Positions 27,760 to 38,261 of a stretch of 63,224 bases of DNA are shown piece by piece. The stretch comes from Anaerovibrio sp. (lineage in GTDB: Bacteria > Bacillota > Negativicutes > Selenomonadales > Selenomonadaceae). Location: positions 1-63,224 of the forward strand of contig DAVZJH010000001.1 of assembly GCA_052272885.1 (NCBI GenBank), written 5' to 3'. Each line of letters starts with the position of its first letter. The first letter of the stretch is position 1. The notes under the pieces are model-generated. The model was given only the letters and a program-made list of their open reading frames with translations, did no database searches and was not told the DNA's origin. Both the position numbers and the translations under genes were made by a program.

Positions 27760-29922
27760 ATGATGCGTTCACTTTATTCTGGTGTATCAGGCTTGAAAAA
27801 TCACCAGACTCGTATGGATGTTGTAGGCAACAACATCTCCAATGTAAACACTACAGGTTTCAAATCCAGTCGCGTAACCTTTAGCGATACACTAAGCCAG
27901 ACACTAAGCGGAGCCTCCGCCCCTACTGGTAATACTGGTGGTACAAATCCAAAACAGATAGGTTTGGGTTCTGCTACTTCCTCTATAGATACTTTGTTTA
28001 CAGATGGTTCTGTACAGTCTACTGGTGTAAATACAGATTTGTGTTTATCTGGCAATGGATTATTTATTGTTAATAATGGTAATCAAAGATATTATACACG
28101 TAATGGTAATTTTAAGTTTGATGCTAAAGGTTACTATGTTAATAGCGATGGTCTAAAGGTGCAGGGATGGTGCGCCAAGACTCCTGGAGATACTTATGAT
28201 ACCAAGGCTCAGCCAGGAGAAATACAAATTCAATCCGGAGAAACCATGATGGCATCGGCTACCAAAAAAGCTGATCTGACAAAAAATCTTAATTCTGCTG
28301 AAGCAACTATCACAGGATTAAAAGTTACGGACAAAAAAGGCAATGTAATAACAACAACTGCTAAAAGTACAGGTTCATGGACTGTTGATCCGTATAATTC
28401 CCCAATCAAGAGTTTACAGGTGGCGTTCCAGGGAAAAAATATGTCAACGGTAGGTACAGTTGCAGGTTCCTATGCTATGGGAGCAACTTATCCGTTTAAT
28501 ACTGCCTTATCGGCTACTACTAAGAATGGTGATAGCATAAATATACCACAAACCTCTAATGATACCTACACAGTAGGGACAAATTTATCCTCCTTTGGTG
28601 TTAATAGTGTGAATGGTACAACTTTAACCTTGGATAATGGCTGTACTTTGACCAATAATTCAGCTACAGCATGTAAGATTTCATTGGCAAATCAGACTAA
28701 TGCCGATACAATAAATGTATTGCAAGTACAACCAGCAACTGCAAAATTTACTAAGGGCGGAACTGTTACTTTGACTGTAACTAATGTTAGCGGTAAAACA
28801 GTTTCACTGTCTGATAATCAAGGAAATACATTTACTTTGACAAATAACAGTAATACAAATTATTGGGATGGAACAGGGACACCGCCAGCAACTCCCGTTA
28901 CTACTATCACAACAACTGTGCAGGATATAAAATATAACTCCACTGATGTAATAGACAAAATATCAGGTCAGGTAAATGGTGATAATGTTGAGATGACTCA
29001 TGGCAGTGTTGTGCCTAATAATGGTCTTACAGTTTCTAATTTGACCTTGGACGTTGATAATGCAACCATTGCAATTGACGCCAAGGATACTACTGCTTAC
29101 AAAGCTGGGGATAATTATACCTCAGAGATTTTGTCAATTACTTTGAATATGAGTGACGGCACCACTAGTACAGAAACAAGTGGTACCTATACTTTAGGCA
29201 ATAGCAAGCCATTGACAACTTTAATGACTGTATATGATTCACTAGGAAATAAGCATGATGTAGTATTATATTTGACAAAAACAAAGGTTGATAGCACAAT
29301 AGGCAATCAATGGACAGCCTCAGTAAATCCTGATGGTTCAGGTGTTCAGGAACTGGTAGGAAGTGATGGTAAAATAACTACCGTAGCCATGGAGGACACT
29401 GTTATTCAGTTTAATACAAATGGTGGTTATGCTGCTGGTGCTGGTATTTCCACTCTTACCCTAACAAACGGTGCAGCTGGTACGCAAAATATTACTATGG
29501 ACTTTACAGGTATGACTCAATATTCTGGTAGTAATACTGCATTTGCATCTGCAGATGGTAATGCAGCAGGTACCCTGAAAAGCATATCCATTGATAGTAA
29601 TGGCGTTATCACTGGTACATATACCAATGGCTTGAATGTGGCAAGAGGGCAGGTTGCTATTGCACAGTTCAATAATGCTGCTGGTCTTACCAAAACTGGT
29701 AATTCCTTGTACACTATGTCTAATAACTCCGGTAAACCTAACACCGGTACTATCAGTGATTTGGGATGTACCGTAACTCCATCTTCTTTGGAAATGTCCA
29801 ATGTAGATATGGCCAGCGAGCTGACGGATATGATTGTCACCCAGCGTGGTTATCAGTCCAATTCCAAAATTATTACAGTTTCCGATGAATTGCTGGAAAC
29901 CTTGATTAATATGAAGCGTTAA
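27760..29922 (+). CDS. flgE: Flagellar hook protein FlgE with large inserted domains
   Basis: MMRSLYSGVSGL..HQTRMDVVGNNISNVNTTGFK N-term, YTRNGNF, VYDSLG, LEMSNVDMASELTDMIVTQRGYQSN C-term. Confidence 0.93.
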   Translation: MMRSLYSGVSGLKNHQTRMDVVGNNISNVNTTGFKSSRVTFSDTLSQTLSGASAPTGNTGGTNPKQIGLGSATSSIDTLFTDGSVQSTGVNTDLCLSGNGLFIVNNGNQRYYTRNGNFKFDAKGYYVNSDGLKVQGWCAKTPGDTYDTKAQPGEIQIQSGETMMASATKKADLTKNLNSAEATITGLKVTDKKGNVITTTAKSTGSWTVDPYNSPIKSLQVAFQGKNMSTVGTVAGSYAMGATYPFNTALSATTKNGDSINIPQTSNDTYTVGTNLSSFGVNSVNGTTLTLDNGCTLTNNSATACKISLANQTNADTINVLQVQPATAKFTKGGTVTLTVTNVSGKTVSLSDNQGNTFTLTNNSNTNYWDGTGTPPATPVTTITTTVQDIKYNSTDVIDKISGQVNGDNVEMTHGSVVPNNGLTVSNLTLDVDNATIAIDAKDTTAYKAGDNYTSEILSITLNMSDGTTSTETSGTYTLGNSKPLTTLMTVYDSLGNKHDVVLYLTKTKVDSTIGNQWTASVNPDGSGVQELVGSDGKITTVAMEDTVIQFNTNGGYAAGAGISTLTLTNGAAGTQNITMDFTGMTQYSGSNTAFASADGNAAGTLKSISIDSNGVITGTYTNGLNVARGQVAIAQFNNAAGLTKTGNSLYTMSNNSGKPNTGTISDLGCTVTPSSLEMSNVDMASELTDMIVTQRGYQSNSKIITVSDELLETLINMKR

Positions 29923-29936
29923 TTTCATAACAAATA

Positions 29937-29975
29937 AAAATCCGGGAAGGCCTTGGCCAACCCGGATTTTATTTT
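29937..29975. terminator. Terminator after flgE
   Basis: AAAATCCGGG...CCCGGATTTT. Confidence 0.75.
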
Positions 29976-30020
29976 GAAATTTTTAATGAAATTAGTTTTG
30001 TGCTAATATATCACACAGCT

Positions 30021-30905
30021 TTAGCCCCAGAATAAGGCCTGCATATCGGCTGGCAGGTCGGTGTAGATAGAGAGGTGCTGGGCGGTTAGTGGATTGTCCA
30101 GCTCCAGGTGGTAGGCATGGAGGGCCTGCCTTTGGATATAGTCCATATTCCCGCCGTAGAGATCGTCTCCCAGCAGGGGATGGCCCATAGCTGACAAATG
30201 CACCCTTATTTGATGGGTACGGCCTGTTTCCAGCTGCAGCTCCAGCAGGGACCTGCCCTGCCTTTGGCAGATAGTACGATAATGGGTAATTGCCCTTTGG
30301 CCTTGTCCATCAGTGGGACAGATACGCTGAATAATGCTCTCTGGATGTCTGGCAATGGGCAAATCTATGGTGCCCTGAGGCTGGGGCATTGTCCCCTCAA
30401 TAATGGCCAGATAGCTGCGATGAAAGAATTTGCCTCCATTCTGCTGGGTAAGCATATTCTGCAATTGAGGCAGCTTGGCTACAATTACCAAGCCTGTAGT
30501 ATTTCTATCCAGCCTATGAACAGGATGAAAATCCAGATTCTGACCTGTTTCCAGATAATAATGGAGAATACCATTGCCCAGAGTATTGCTATAATCTCCT
30601 CCTGTAGGATGAACCAATATGCCAGTAGGCTTGTTCAGCACCAGCAGATATTCATTCTCATAGCGGATATCCAGCTTCATAGGAGTAGCCACCAGAGATG
30701 ATTCCTCAGGAATAATACAACGGATTTCATCCCCGGCTTGAGCCATAGCAGTAGTACAGCGGACCTCCTCGCTATTCACCAGGAGACGGCCATTCCACTT
30801 CAATCTGCGCCAAAGACCATGGCTAAAGCCACATTCCTTTCTAAGAAAAGCCCTGACCTCCACAGGGGCCAGAGCTTCCTTAGAAACCTTGTAGGTTATA
30901 TCCAT
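30021..30905 (-). CDS. RluA-family pseudouridine synthase
   Basis: NKPTG..VHP, VHRLDRNTTG, LETGRTHQIRVH, GDDLYG, QALH. Confidence 0.95.
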   Translation of the reverse strand: MDITYKVSKEALAPVEVRAFLRKECGFSHGLWRRLKWNGRLLVNSEEVRCTTAMAQAGDEIRCIIPEESSLVATPMKLDIRYENEYLLVLNKPTGILVHPTGGDYSNTLGNGILHYYLETGQNLDFHPVHRLDRNTTGLVIVAKLPQLQNMLTQQNGGKFFHRSYLAIIEGTMPQPQGTIDLPIARHPESIIQRICPTDGQGQRAITHYRTICQRQGRSLLELQLETGRTHQIRVHLSAMGHPLLGDDLYGGNMDYIQRQALHAYHLELDNPLTAQHLSIYTDLPADMQALFWG

Positions 30906-30908
30906 AAA

Positions 30909-32159
30909 TTATGCTTCGCCTCTGAATTTGCTAATAAGATTGAAGCAGATGCTCAGAACAATAGCTACTACAGTGGCCAGAGACATACCGCTAAGGGTAA
31001 CAGTCCCCAGCGTAATGCTGGCGGTGCTGACACCAATACCCATAACAACTGCGGTTAGCATAAGATTAACAGGCTTGTTGTAATCCACCTTGCTTTCTAC
31101 CAGTACACGAATACCAGAAGCTGCAATTACACCAAAGAGCAGCATGGATACACCGCCCATAACAGGGGCTGGAATACTCTGGATAGCTGCCGCCAGCTTG
31201 CCGAAGCAGGACAGGATGATGGCAAAAATAGCTGCACCGCCAATAACCCAGGTACTGAAAACCTTGGTAATGGCCAGAACACCAATATTCTCGCCATAGG
31301 TGGTATTAGGGGTAGAACCAAAGAAACCGGAAATCATGGTGGATATACCATTACCAATGATGGAGCGATCCAAGCCAGGGTCCTTGGTCAAGTCAGCCCC
31401 TACAATATTACCGGTAACAATAAGATGGCCTACATGCTCCACAATAACTACCAGGGCAGCAGGCAGAATAATCAAAATAGCATTCATATTGAATTCAGGA
31501 GTATAGAAGGTAGGCAGTGCAAACCAAGGAGCCTTTTCAATAATGCTGAAATCCACAATGCCAAAGAAGCAGGCAATGATATAGCCTGATACAATACCGA
31601 TAAGGATAGGAATAATCTGCAAAAATCCTCGGCAGGCAACCTGAGCCAGCAGAGTAATAGCCAGAGTGAGCACAGCTACAATAATGGTAGCTGAATCAGG
31701 CTCCTTGGAGGTCAGTCCTGACATACCAGCAGCTACAGGCATTAGCTCCAAACCGATAACGGCCACAATGGCACCCATAGCAGCTGGTGGGAAGATAAAA
31801 TCTATCCAGCTGGTGCCTACAGCCTTTACCACTAGACCTACAGCCACAAATACTGCACCTACCACAATGAAGCCTCCTAGAGCGGCTTCGTAGCTGTACT
31901 GACTAAGTACAGCAAAAACAGGGGAGATAAAGGCGAAGCTAGAGCCTAGGTAGGCAGGAATCCGTCCCTTGCACAGGAACAGGTACAGCAGGGTGCCAAT
32001 ACCATTAAAAAGCAATACAGTAGCTGGATTTACATTAAAGAGAATAGGAACCAGTACAGTGGAGCCAAACATAGCAAAAAGATGTTGTAGGCTCAGGGGA
32101 ATAGTTTTTTGTAATGGCGGCCTCTGATCCACCTGAATAACACTATTGTTCTCTAACAT
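30909..32159 (-). CDS. uraA: Uracil permease (NCS2 family)
   Basis: LSLQHLFAMFGSTVLVP, YLGSSFAFI, EHVGH, PNTTYGENIG. Confidence 0.95.
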   Translation of the reverse strand: MLENNSVIQVDQRPPLQKTIPLSLQHLFAMFGSTVLVPILFNVNPATVLLFNGIGTLLYLFLCKGRIPAYLGSSFAFISPVFAVLSQYSYEAALGGFIVVGAVFVAVGLVVKAVGTSWIDFIFPPAAMGAIVAVIGLELMPVAAGMSGLTSKEPDSATIIVAVLTLAITLLAQVACRGFLQIIPILIGIVSGYIIACFFGIVDFSIIEKAPWFALPTFYTPEFNMNAILIILPAALVVIVEHVGHLIVTGNIVGADLTKDPGLDRSIIGNGISTMISGFFGSTPNTTYGENIGVLAITKVFSTWVIGGAAIFAIILSCFGKLAAAIQSIPAPVMGGVSMLLFGVIAASGIRVLVESKVDYNKPVNLMLTAVVMGIGVSTASITLGTVTLSGMSLATVVAIVLSICFNLISKFRGEA

Positions 32160-32404
32160 GAAAACACTCCTTTACAATTAGACTTAATAAGAAAATAAAT
32201 TCAAACCTTATAAAATTTATCACATAAAAGGTCAGTTGTCCATTTAAATTTTTACCATTGAAAGATTGTTCATTTCAACATTTACAAACTTCAAAAATTT
32301 CATCAAAATTTGATACATATAATAAAAAATATCTTTCCTAAACACTGTTTTTTTGAAAAAAACTGTGCTATAATGAGTACATAATTTTGATAGGGGGTTT
32401 TTAT

Positions 32405-33373
32405 ATGCCATTAGTAGGAACTAAAGAAATGTTCAAAAAAGCATACGAGGGCGGTTACGCTATCGGTGCATTCAACGTAAACAACATGGAGATTGTACAG
32501 GGTATCACTGATGCCGCTGCAGAGCTTCATGCACCTGTAATCCTCCAGTGCTCTGCTGGTGCTCGCAAGTATGCAAACCATCAGTATCTGGTACATCTGG
32601 TAAAGGCTGCTTTGGAGGTTCATCCTGACCTGCCAGTAGCTCTGCATTTGGATCATGGTGCAGATTTTGAGACTTGTAAGTCCTGCATCGACGGCGGTTT
32701 CACTTCCGTTATGATCGATGGTTCTGCTCGCTCCTTCGAGGAGAACATTGAAGTTACCAAGAAGGTAGTAGAGTACGCTCATGAGCGTGGCGTAGTAGTA
32801 GAGGGCGAGCTGGGCAAGCTGGCCGGCATTGAGGATGATGTACAGGTAGAGGCACATGATGCTGCTTACACCAGTCCTGATGAAGTAGAGGAATTCGTTG
32901 AGCGTACTGGCGTTGATTCCTTGGCTATTGCTATCGGTACCAGCCACGGCGCTTTCAAGTTCACTCCTGCACAGTGCACCCGCAATGCAGAGGGCGTTCT
33001 GGTTCCACCTGAGCTCCGCTTCGATATTCTGGAGGAGATTACCAAGAAGCTGCCTAACTTCCCAATCGTTCTCCACGGTGCATCCTCTGTAGTTCCAGAG
33101 TATGTAAAGATTATCAATGAGAATGGCGGCAACCTGGCTGATGCTATTGGTATTCCAGAGGATCAGCTCCGCAAGGCAGCTCGCAGCGCAGTTTGCAAGA
33201 TTAATGTTGACTCCGATCTGCGTCTGGCTCTCACTGCTGGTATCCGTCAGCACTTCACTCAGCATCCTGAGCATTTCGACCCACGTCAGTATCTGGCTCC
33301 TGCTCGCGATAACATCAAGGCTTTGGTTGAGCACAAGATTAAGAACGTTCTGGGCTGCAACGGTGCTTACTAA
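32405..33373 (+). CDS. fba: Class II fructose-1,6-bisphosphate aldolase
   Basis: GAFNVNNME, LHLDHG, SVMIDGS, EGELG, GTSHG, VLHGAS, KINVD; highly biased codon usage; ATG 32405. Confidence 0.96.
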   Translation: MPLVGTKEMFKKAYEGGYAIGAFNVNNMEIVQGITDAAAELHAPVILQCSAGARKYANHQYLVHLVKAALEVHPDLPVALHLDHGADFETCKSCIDGGFTSVMIDGSARSFEENIEVTKKVVEYAHERGVVVEGELGKLAGIEDDVQVEAHDAAYTSPDEVEEFVERTGVDSLAIAIGTSHGAFKFTPAQCTRNAEGVLVPPELRFDILEEITKKLPNFPIVLHGASSVVPEYVKIINENGGNLADAIGIPEDQLRKAARSAVCKINVDSDLRLALTAGIRQHFTQHPEHFDPRQYLAPARDNIKALVEHKIKNVLGCNGAY

Positions 33374-33399
33374 TATTGGTATAGCAGTATAAACGGTAT

Positions 33400-33436
33400 A
33401 AAAAAGGCTGCAGGATTTCGCTCCTGCAGCTTTTTT
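33400..33436. terminator. Bidirectional terminator after fba
   Basis: AAAAAAGGCTGCAGGA-6-TCCTGCAGCTTTTTT. Confidence 0.85.
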
Positions 33437-33490
33437 GCGCTGTAAAATAAATCTGGTGCGTCTAACAGGGAGAAAAACTTTCTGATGTCT

Positions 33491-34012
33491 TTAGTTTTTA
33501 TCCTTTAGTTGCTCCTTCCAATATTCCAGATCATGCTCATTCAAGGGCAGCTCTATGGCATCTCCATTGTCATAGGTAAATCTGACTCTTACCACCTGAG
33601 CTTGGCGGATAGCCTCAAAGGTTTCCGTAGGAAATTCTGCAAAGAGCTTATTGGTATTCTTGAAGGTGGTTTTGTCATTGTAGAAGGCGACGGAGTAGCT
33701 AGGAGGTGTCTGTCGTACAGAAGCCTTAATATCGTACATATCATTATCGCAAATCAGCAGAATTACAGGCTTTAGCTGGTTTCCTGCAAAGCGGTAATCC
33801 TGCAAGGTTAGATTGGCCGTGGATATTTTGCCATGCTCATCAGTATCCGCTCTAAAATCAATATCACAGTAGGCAGATAGGCTGTCAGCACTGCGGTGAT
33901 CCAGCATGTAGGTATAGCCATAGCCAAAGCCCCCTAGTAAGATTAACAGGCTGCCAAGAAGAAAAAATATTTTTTGTTTCACGCTATCGTTCCTTTCAGG
34001 GTAAAGATACAA
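33491..34012 (-). CDS. Membrane-anchored hypothetical protein
   Basis: Single N-terminal TM then soluble domain; likely start at the GTG about 10 codons downstream. Confidence 0.7.
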   Translation of the reverse strand: MYLYPERNDSVKQKIFFLLGSLLILLGGFGYGYTYMLDHRSADSLSAYCDIDFRADTDEHGKISTANLTLQDYRFAGNQLKPVILLICDNDMYDIKASVRQTPPSYSVAFYNDKTTFKNTNKLFAEFPTETFEAIRQAQVVRVRFTYDNGDAIELPLNEHDLEYWKEQLKDKN

Positions 34013-34056
34013 GTAGAGGTTATCTCACTAAATTCATAGGGGATAACCTCTGCTTT
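34012..34056. terminator. Hairpin/terminator downstream of the recombinase gene
   Basis: AGTAGAGGTTATC...GATAACCTCTGCT inverted repeat. Confidence 0.6.
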
Positions 34057-35043
34057 TTATTTTTTATTAAACATTTTGTCCAAAGCATTTTCCTTGAAAA
34101 GATTGCCTTGCTCTATATAGCGATGAACCATCTTTTCAGATTTATGTCTGGTTTGCCGCATGATTTCTAAAGTATTCAAATCATGCTGGGCTGCACTGGT
34201 GGCAAAGCCTCGTCGTAGGCTGTGGCCAGCAAAATCAGAAGGATCCAGTCCTAATCTGGCCATGTATTTCTTGACAATTTCTGCCACCGCCTTATCGTTT
34301 AGCTGAGTATCTCTAGGCAGTTGATTGCGCTTAAACCCTCGGAAGAGAGGGCCGGAGGTAATGTCTGCTGCCTCCATCCAGTTTCTTACTGCTCGAACAG
34401 CACATATTTCCTTCTGGGGGGCATAGGGAATGGCAATTTCTGAGCCAGCTCCCAGCTGATCTCCTTTGGATTGAGGAATAAAGACGACCATTCCCTGAGT
34501 GGTAAAGGTCAAGTCCTCTATCTGCACCGCCACCAACTCAGAACGGCGGAAAGCTCCGGCAAAGCCTAGAAAAAGCAATGCCTTGTCACGCAGAGTAACT
34601 AAATCACTGCCTGACAGCATATCTGCCAGCAAGGGCAGGGTTTCCATAAGAATAGGAGCCTTGCCATGCTGAAAGGTGCCCTTTTCCCTGCGAATGGCCT
34701 GCATGGCATTGTGCACCATTACATGCTTGGCAGGATTGTTTTCCTGATAGCCTCCGGCAATATGATTCTCGGAAATAGCTGTTACCCGGCGAGAAACTGT
34801 ATTGGCCTTGGCGTTATCCGCCAAATCATTGACGTAGTTGACAATATCCTCTGGCTTGCAAGGGAGGGGGCAAAGCTTGTTGGCTTCGCACCAATCCGTA
34901 AAATCATTCCAGTCTGCCGCATAGGATTTCAGGGTATTATCACTTTTGGATTTGCGCATACGCCGTTTGCTTTTGGCAGAGAGCAGTACATTTTTATTTA
35001 TTTCCTTGTTATTGTATAGCAAAAAATCATCGCGTACATTCAT
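34057..35043 (-). CDS. Tyrosine recombinase, Cre-like clade
   Basis: N-terminal SAM-like domain (NTLKSYAADW..F..WC); catalytic RRSE, SKGDQ, HSLRRG, TRH and RY all intact. Confidence 0.93.
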   Translation of the reverse strand: MNVRDDFLLYNNKEINKNVLLSAKSKRRMRKSKSDNTLKSYAADWNDFTDWCEANKLCPLPCKPEDIVNYVNDLADNAKANTVSRRVTAISENHIAGGYQENNPAKHVMVHNAMQAIRREKGTFQHGKAPILMETLPLLADMLSGSDLVTLRDKALLFLGFAGAFRRSELVAVQIEDLTFTTQGMVVFIPQSKGDQLGAGSEIAIPYAPQKEICAVRAVRNWMEAADITSGPLFRGFKRNQLPRDTQLNDKAVAEIVKKYMARLGLDPSDFAGHSLRRGFATSAAQHDLNTLEIMRQTRHKSEKMVHRYIEQGNLFKENALDKMFNKK

Positions 35044-35098
35044 GAATTTTACCTCGAATTTTTCCTATGTTTCAGATATGACAGCTGGAAATATTTTT

Positions 35099-36925
35099 TT
35101 AGATTTTGAATTTGCTTACAGCATCCTGCAGTAATTCTGCCTGGGCGTTAAGCTCTACAGAGGCGGAAGCAGATTCCTCTGCTGTGGAGGAATTGGTCTG
35201 TACTACATTGGATACCTGCAATACGCCCTGATTCAACATTTGCAGGGCAGAGCTTTGCTTCTGGGAAGCCTGGGCAATATCTGCCACCAGCACCGTTACC
35301 TGATCTATGCTTTCCTTAATGCTGCGGAGAGCCTGAGCCGTACCCTTGGCTAGCTCAGTACCAGCATTTACCTTGTCAATGGAATGCTGAATAATTTCTG
35401 TGGTAGATTTGGCAGCCTCGGCACTACGGGCAGCCAAATTCCGCACCTCCTCAGCCACTACAGCAAAGCCCTTGCCGTGCTGACCGGCTCTAGCGGCCTC
35501 TACAGCAGCGTTAAGAGCCAGAATATTGGTCTGGAAGGCAATTTCGTCAATTACCTTGATAATCTTGGCAATATTGTTGGAGGATTCATTAATATCCACC
35601 ATAGCCTGCAGCATTTCCTCCATGCGCTGATTTCCTATATTGGCCTTGGTATGGGTATCGCTGGCCAGGTTATTGGCTTCCTCGGCATTGCCAGCGTTGT
35701 TCTTGGTCTGCTCGTTAATTTCGGAAATAGAGGCAGACAGCTCCTCTACAGAGGAGGCCTGGGTGGAAGCACCCTTGGCCAGCATATTGCCAGCATCAGC
35801 GATGTTTTTGGAGCCACTGGCCACCTGCTGGGAGGCAATGGAAATCTTGCTCATAACCTCATTCATCTGGCAGGACATTTTGTTAAAGGCATTGGCGGCC
35901 TGACCGATTTCGTCATTGGATTCTACATTGAGACGGACAGTCAAATCTCCATTGGCCATCAGCTCAGATTTCTCTGCTAATTCCTTCATTGGAGCAGCAA
36001 AGGAATTGGCCAGCATTTTGGCAAAAATGGCTATTAAGCCTAGCAGAATTATCATAATAATAGCAATTTGTGTTATGGCATTATAGATAACACTCATAAC
36101 ATCACTGCGGGAGTTTTCCACTACGATACCCCAGCCCAAATTTCCTACAGGGGCGCTGGCTGCCAGGGAGTCTACATTGTCACCATTTACATATTGGCAT
36201 ACCTCGGCTTTGCCAGAGGCAACGGACTTGATAGGCTCCATACCGCTCCAATTGGTAAGAGTCTGCACAAATTTTTCCTCTGGATGTATCATAACATTAC
36301 CTTTGGAATCAGTGAGGAAAACAATCTCCTGTCTATCGGTCAGATTGTTAGTGTCCGCCAGCAAAAGCTTCTGGAGGGTATCCATATTAAAGGTGGAGGC
36401 CATAGCACCGATAACATTGCCAGCTTCGTCCTTGATAGGCACGGCAGCAATAATCATTACCTTATTGGTAACTTTGGACAAAACAGCATCGCTGAAGGCA
36501 TAGGCCTTGCCCTCCTGCATTACAGCTCGAACATAATCTCTATCTGCTACATTGACATAATTGCCAGAATCTCTAGCCACCTGCTGGCCTGTTAAATCAC
36601 AGATAAACATATTGGCAATCAAAGGAGAGTGCCTTACGCCATTTTGCAAAAGCGGTATCATCTGAGCAGGATTCATGCTCTTGGCTTCCAGAGAGGCAGA
36701 TAAAGCCTCCATGAGCTGTATCTGATTCATGAGAATATTATTTATGTTGTCAGATTTCATCCGAGCCACATAAAGATTGTGCTGATTTACTGTTGCCATA
36801 CGCTCATTGTACATATTGTAGGAGGCAATAGCCGTAACAATGACAATAGGTATGAACGCCAGAGCCAAAAAGCTTATGGACAGCTTTTTGGCAAGATTTA
36901 GATTTGCAAAAAATCCTTTTAACAT
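35099..36925 (-). CDS. Methyl-accepting chemotaxis protein (Cache-HAMP-MA)
   Basis: Two TMs, Cache-like sensor (DRDY, SKVT), HAMP (DEIG), [20 protein letters not shown] hairpin. Confidence 0.96.
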   Translation of the reverse strand: MLKGFFANLNLAKKLSISFLALAFIPIVIVTAIASYNMYNERMATVNQHNLYVARMKSDNINNILMNQIQLMEALSASLEAKSMNPAQMIPLLQNGVRHSPLIANMFICDLTGQQVARDSGNYVNVADRDYVRAVMQEGKAYAFSDAVLSKVTNKVMIIAAVPIKDEAGNVIGAMASTFNMDTLQKLLLADTNNLTDRQEIVFLTDSKGNVMIHPEEKFVQTLTNWSGMEPIKSVASGKAEVCQYVNGDNVDSLAASAPVGNLGWGIVVENSRSDVMSVIYNAITQIAIIMIILLGLIAIFAKMLANSFAAPMKELAEKSELMANGDLTVRLNVESNDEIGQAANAFNKMSCQMNEVMSKISIASQQVASGSKNIADAGNMLAKGASTQASSVEELSASISEINEQTKNNAGNAEEANNLASDTHTKANIGNQRMEEMLQAMVDINESSNNIAKIIKVIDEIAFQTNILALNAAVEAARAGQHGKGFAVVAEEVRNLAARSAEAAKSTTEIIQHSIDKVNAGTELAKGTAQALRSIKESIDQVTVLVADIAQASQKQSSALQMLNQGVLQVSNVVQTNSSTAEESASASVELNAQAELLQDAVSKFKI

Positions 36926-37132
36926 ATTTCCATCCCCTTGTTATACATTTGGTAATATATACAGATATCTTCTTACAGTTTAACATATTTTTTCGAATTT
37001 GTAGATATAATTTACTGATGAATTAAACAAAATTTACAGAGTAGAAGAATAATTTGCGAAAATGCAGGATATGTAGTAACATTATTGTGTCGTGTTTTGT
37101 AAACACGAGAAATTAAATGCAGGTGATTTATT

Positions 37133-38104
37133 TTGGCAAACAAGATGTTTGATTTGATTAAAAATGATTTGTCTCAGCTAGAGCTGGCATTACAGCAGGC
37201 TGCTACAGCCCCAGAGAAGATTATTACGGAGATTGGCTCCCATTTGGTGGCTTCTGGTGGTAAGAGATTGCGCCCCGCGATTTATTTCCTGGCTGCCCGC
37301 TGTGGACAGGACTTTGATTTGCAGAAGGCCATGCCTTTGGCAGTGGCTTTGGAAATGATGCATATGGCATCATTGGTTCATGATGATGTTATTGACAGTG
37401 CAGATACCCGCCGGGGAGCTGTTACTGCCAATGCTAAGTGGGGCAATCAGATTTCTATTCTGGCAGGAGATTATCTCTTTGCCAAGGCCTTTGCGTTGGT
37501 AGCTGAAAGTAACTATAGCAAGCGAGTGGATAGACAGCTGGCTCGACTTATATGTGATCTTAGCTCTGGCGAGTTGATTCAGAACAAGGAAATCTATAAG
37601 GCATCCTGTGATGTACAGGAGTATTATGAGCGTATCGCCAAGAAAACCGCCAATTTTATTGCTATTGCCTGTCAGCTTGGTGGCGATGTGGCCGGTCTTT
37701 CTGAGGAGTATATTCAGGCATTATACGATTTTGGTTACAATGTAGGCATGGCTTTCCAGCTTACTGATGATTTACTGGATCTTACCAGTGATGATGCTAC
37801 CTTGGGCAAGCCAGCAGGCAATGATATTCGTCAGGGAATTGTTACCCTGCCGGCAATTCGTGCATTGGAGGTAAGCCCTGATAGGGAGGAGCTTCATGCT
37901 ATTGTTACGGACAAGAATATGACTGCTGCCATGCTGCAGAGAGCCTTGGAGATTGTAAGGGCTTCTGATGGTATTGAATTTACCAAGCAGAAGGTAGAGG
38001 AGTTCCTGCAGGCGGCTGTGGATGTACTGCCACAGGAGATGCCAGAGGAGATACGGGATTCCTATCGCATGGTGGTAAGCTTTGTAGGCGGCAGAAAATA
38101 TTGA
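37133..38104 (+). CDS. Polyprenyl (heptaprenyl-type) diphosphate synthase
   Basis: GGKRLRP, LVHDDVID..RRG, AFQLTDD, GKP. Confidence 0.93.
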   Translation: MANKMFDLIKNDLSQLELALQQAATAPEKIITEIGSHLVASGGKRLRPAIYFLAARCGQDFDLQKAMPLAVALEMMHMASLVHDDVIDSADTRRGAVTANAKWGNQISILAGDYLFAKAFALVAESNYSKRVDRQLARLICDLSSGELIQNKEIYKASCDVQEYYERIAKKTANFIAIACQLGGDVAGLSEEYIQALYDFGYNVGMAFQLTDDLLDLTSDDATLGKPAGNDIRQGIVTLPAIRALEVSPDREELHAIVTDKNMTAAMLQRALEIVRASDGIEFTKQKVEEFLQAAVDVLPQEMPEEIRDSYRMVVSFVGGRKY

Positions 38105-38261
38105 GCCTGCACTAGAATAGGATATAGACAGATTGAGAACATTGGCGTTGAAGGGTAGAAGCATTTGTCATGACTCAAAATCTGACAGTATAACGTAAAG
38201 GCATCTGCTTTTTGTGGGCAGGTGCCTTTCTGACAAAAAACATAGGGAGGACAGGGTATTT

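Noticed and set aside
32160..32340. PyrR attenuator upstream of uraA
   Set aside because: No PyrR binding loop or terminator/antiterminator visible on the minus strand.
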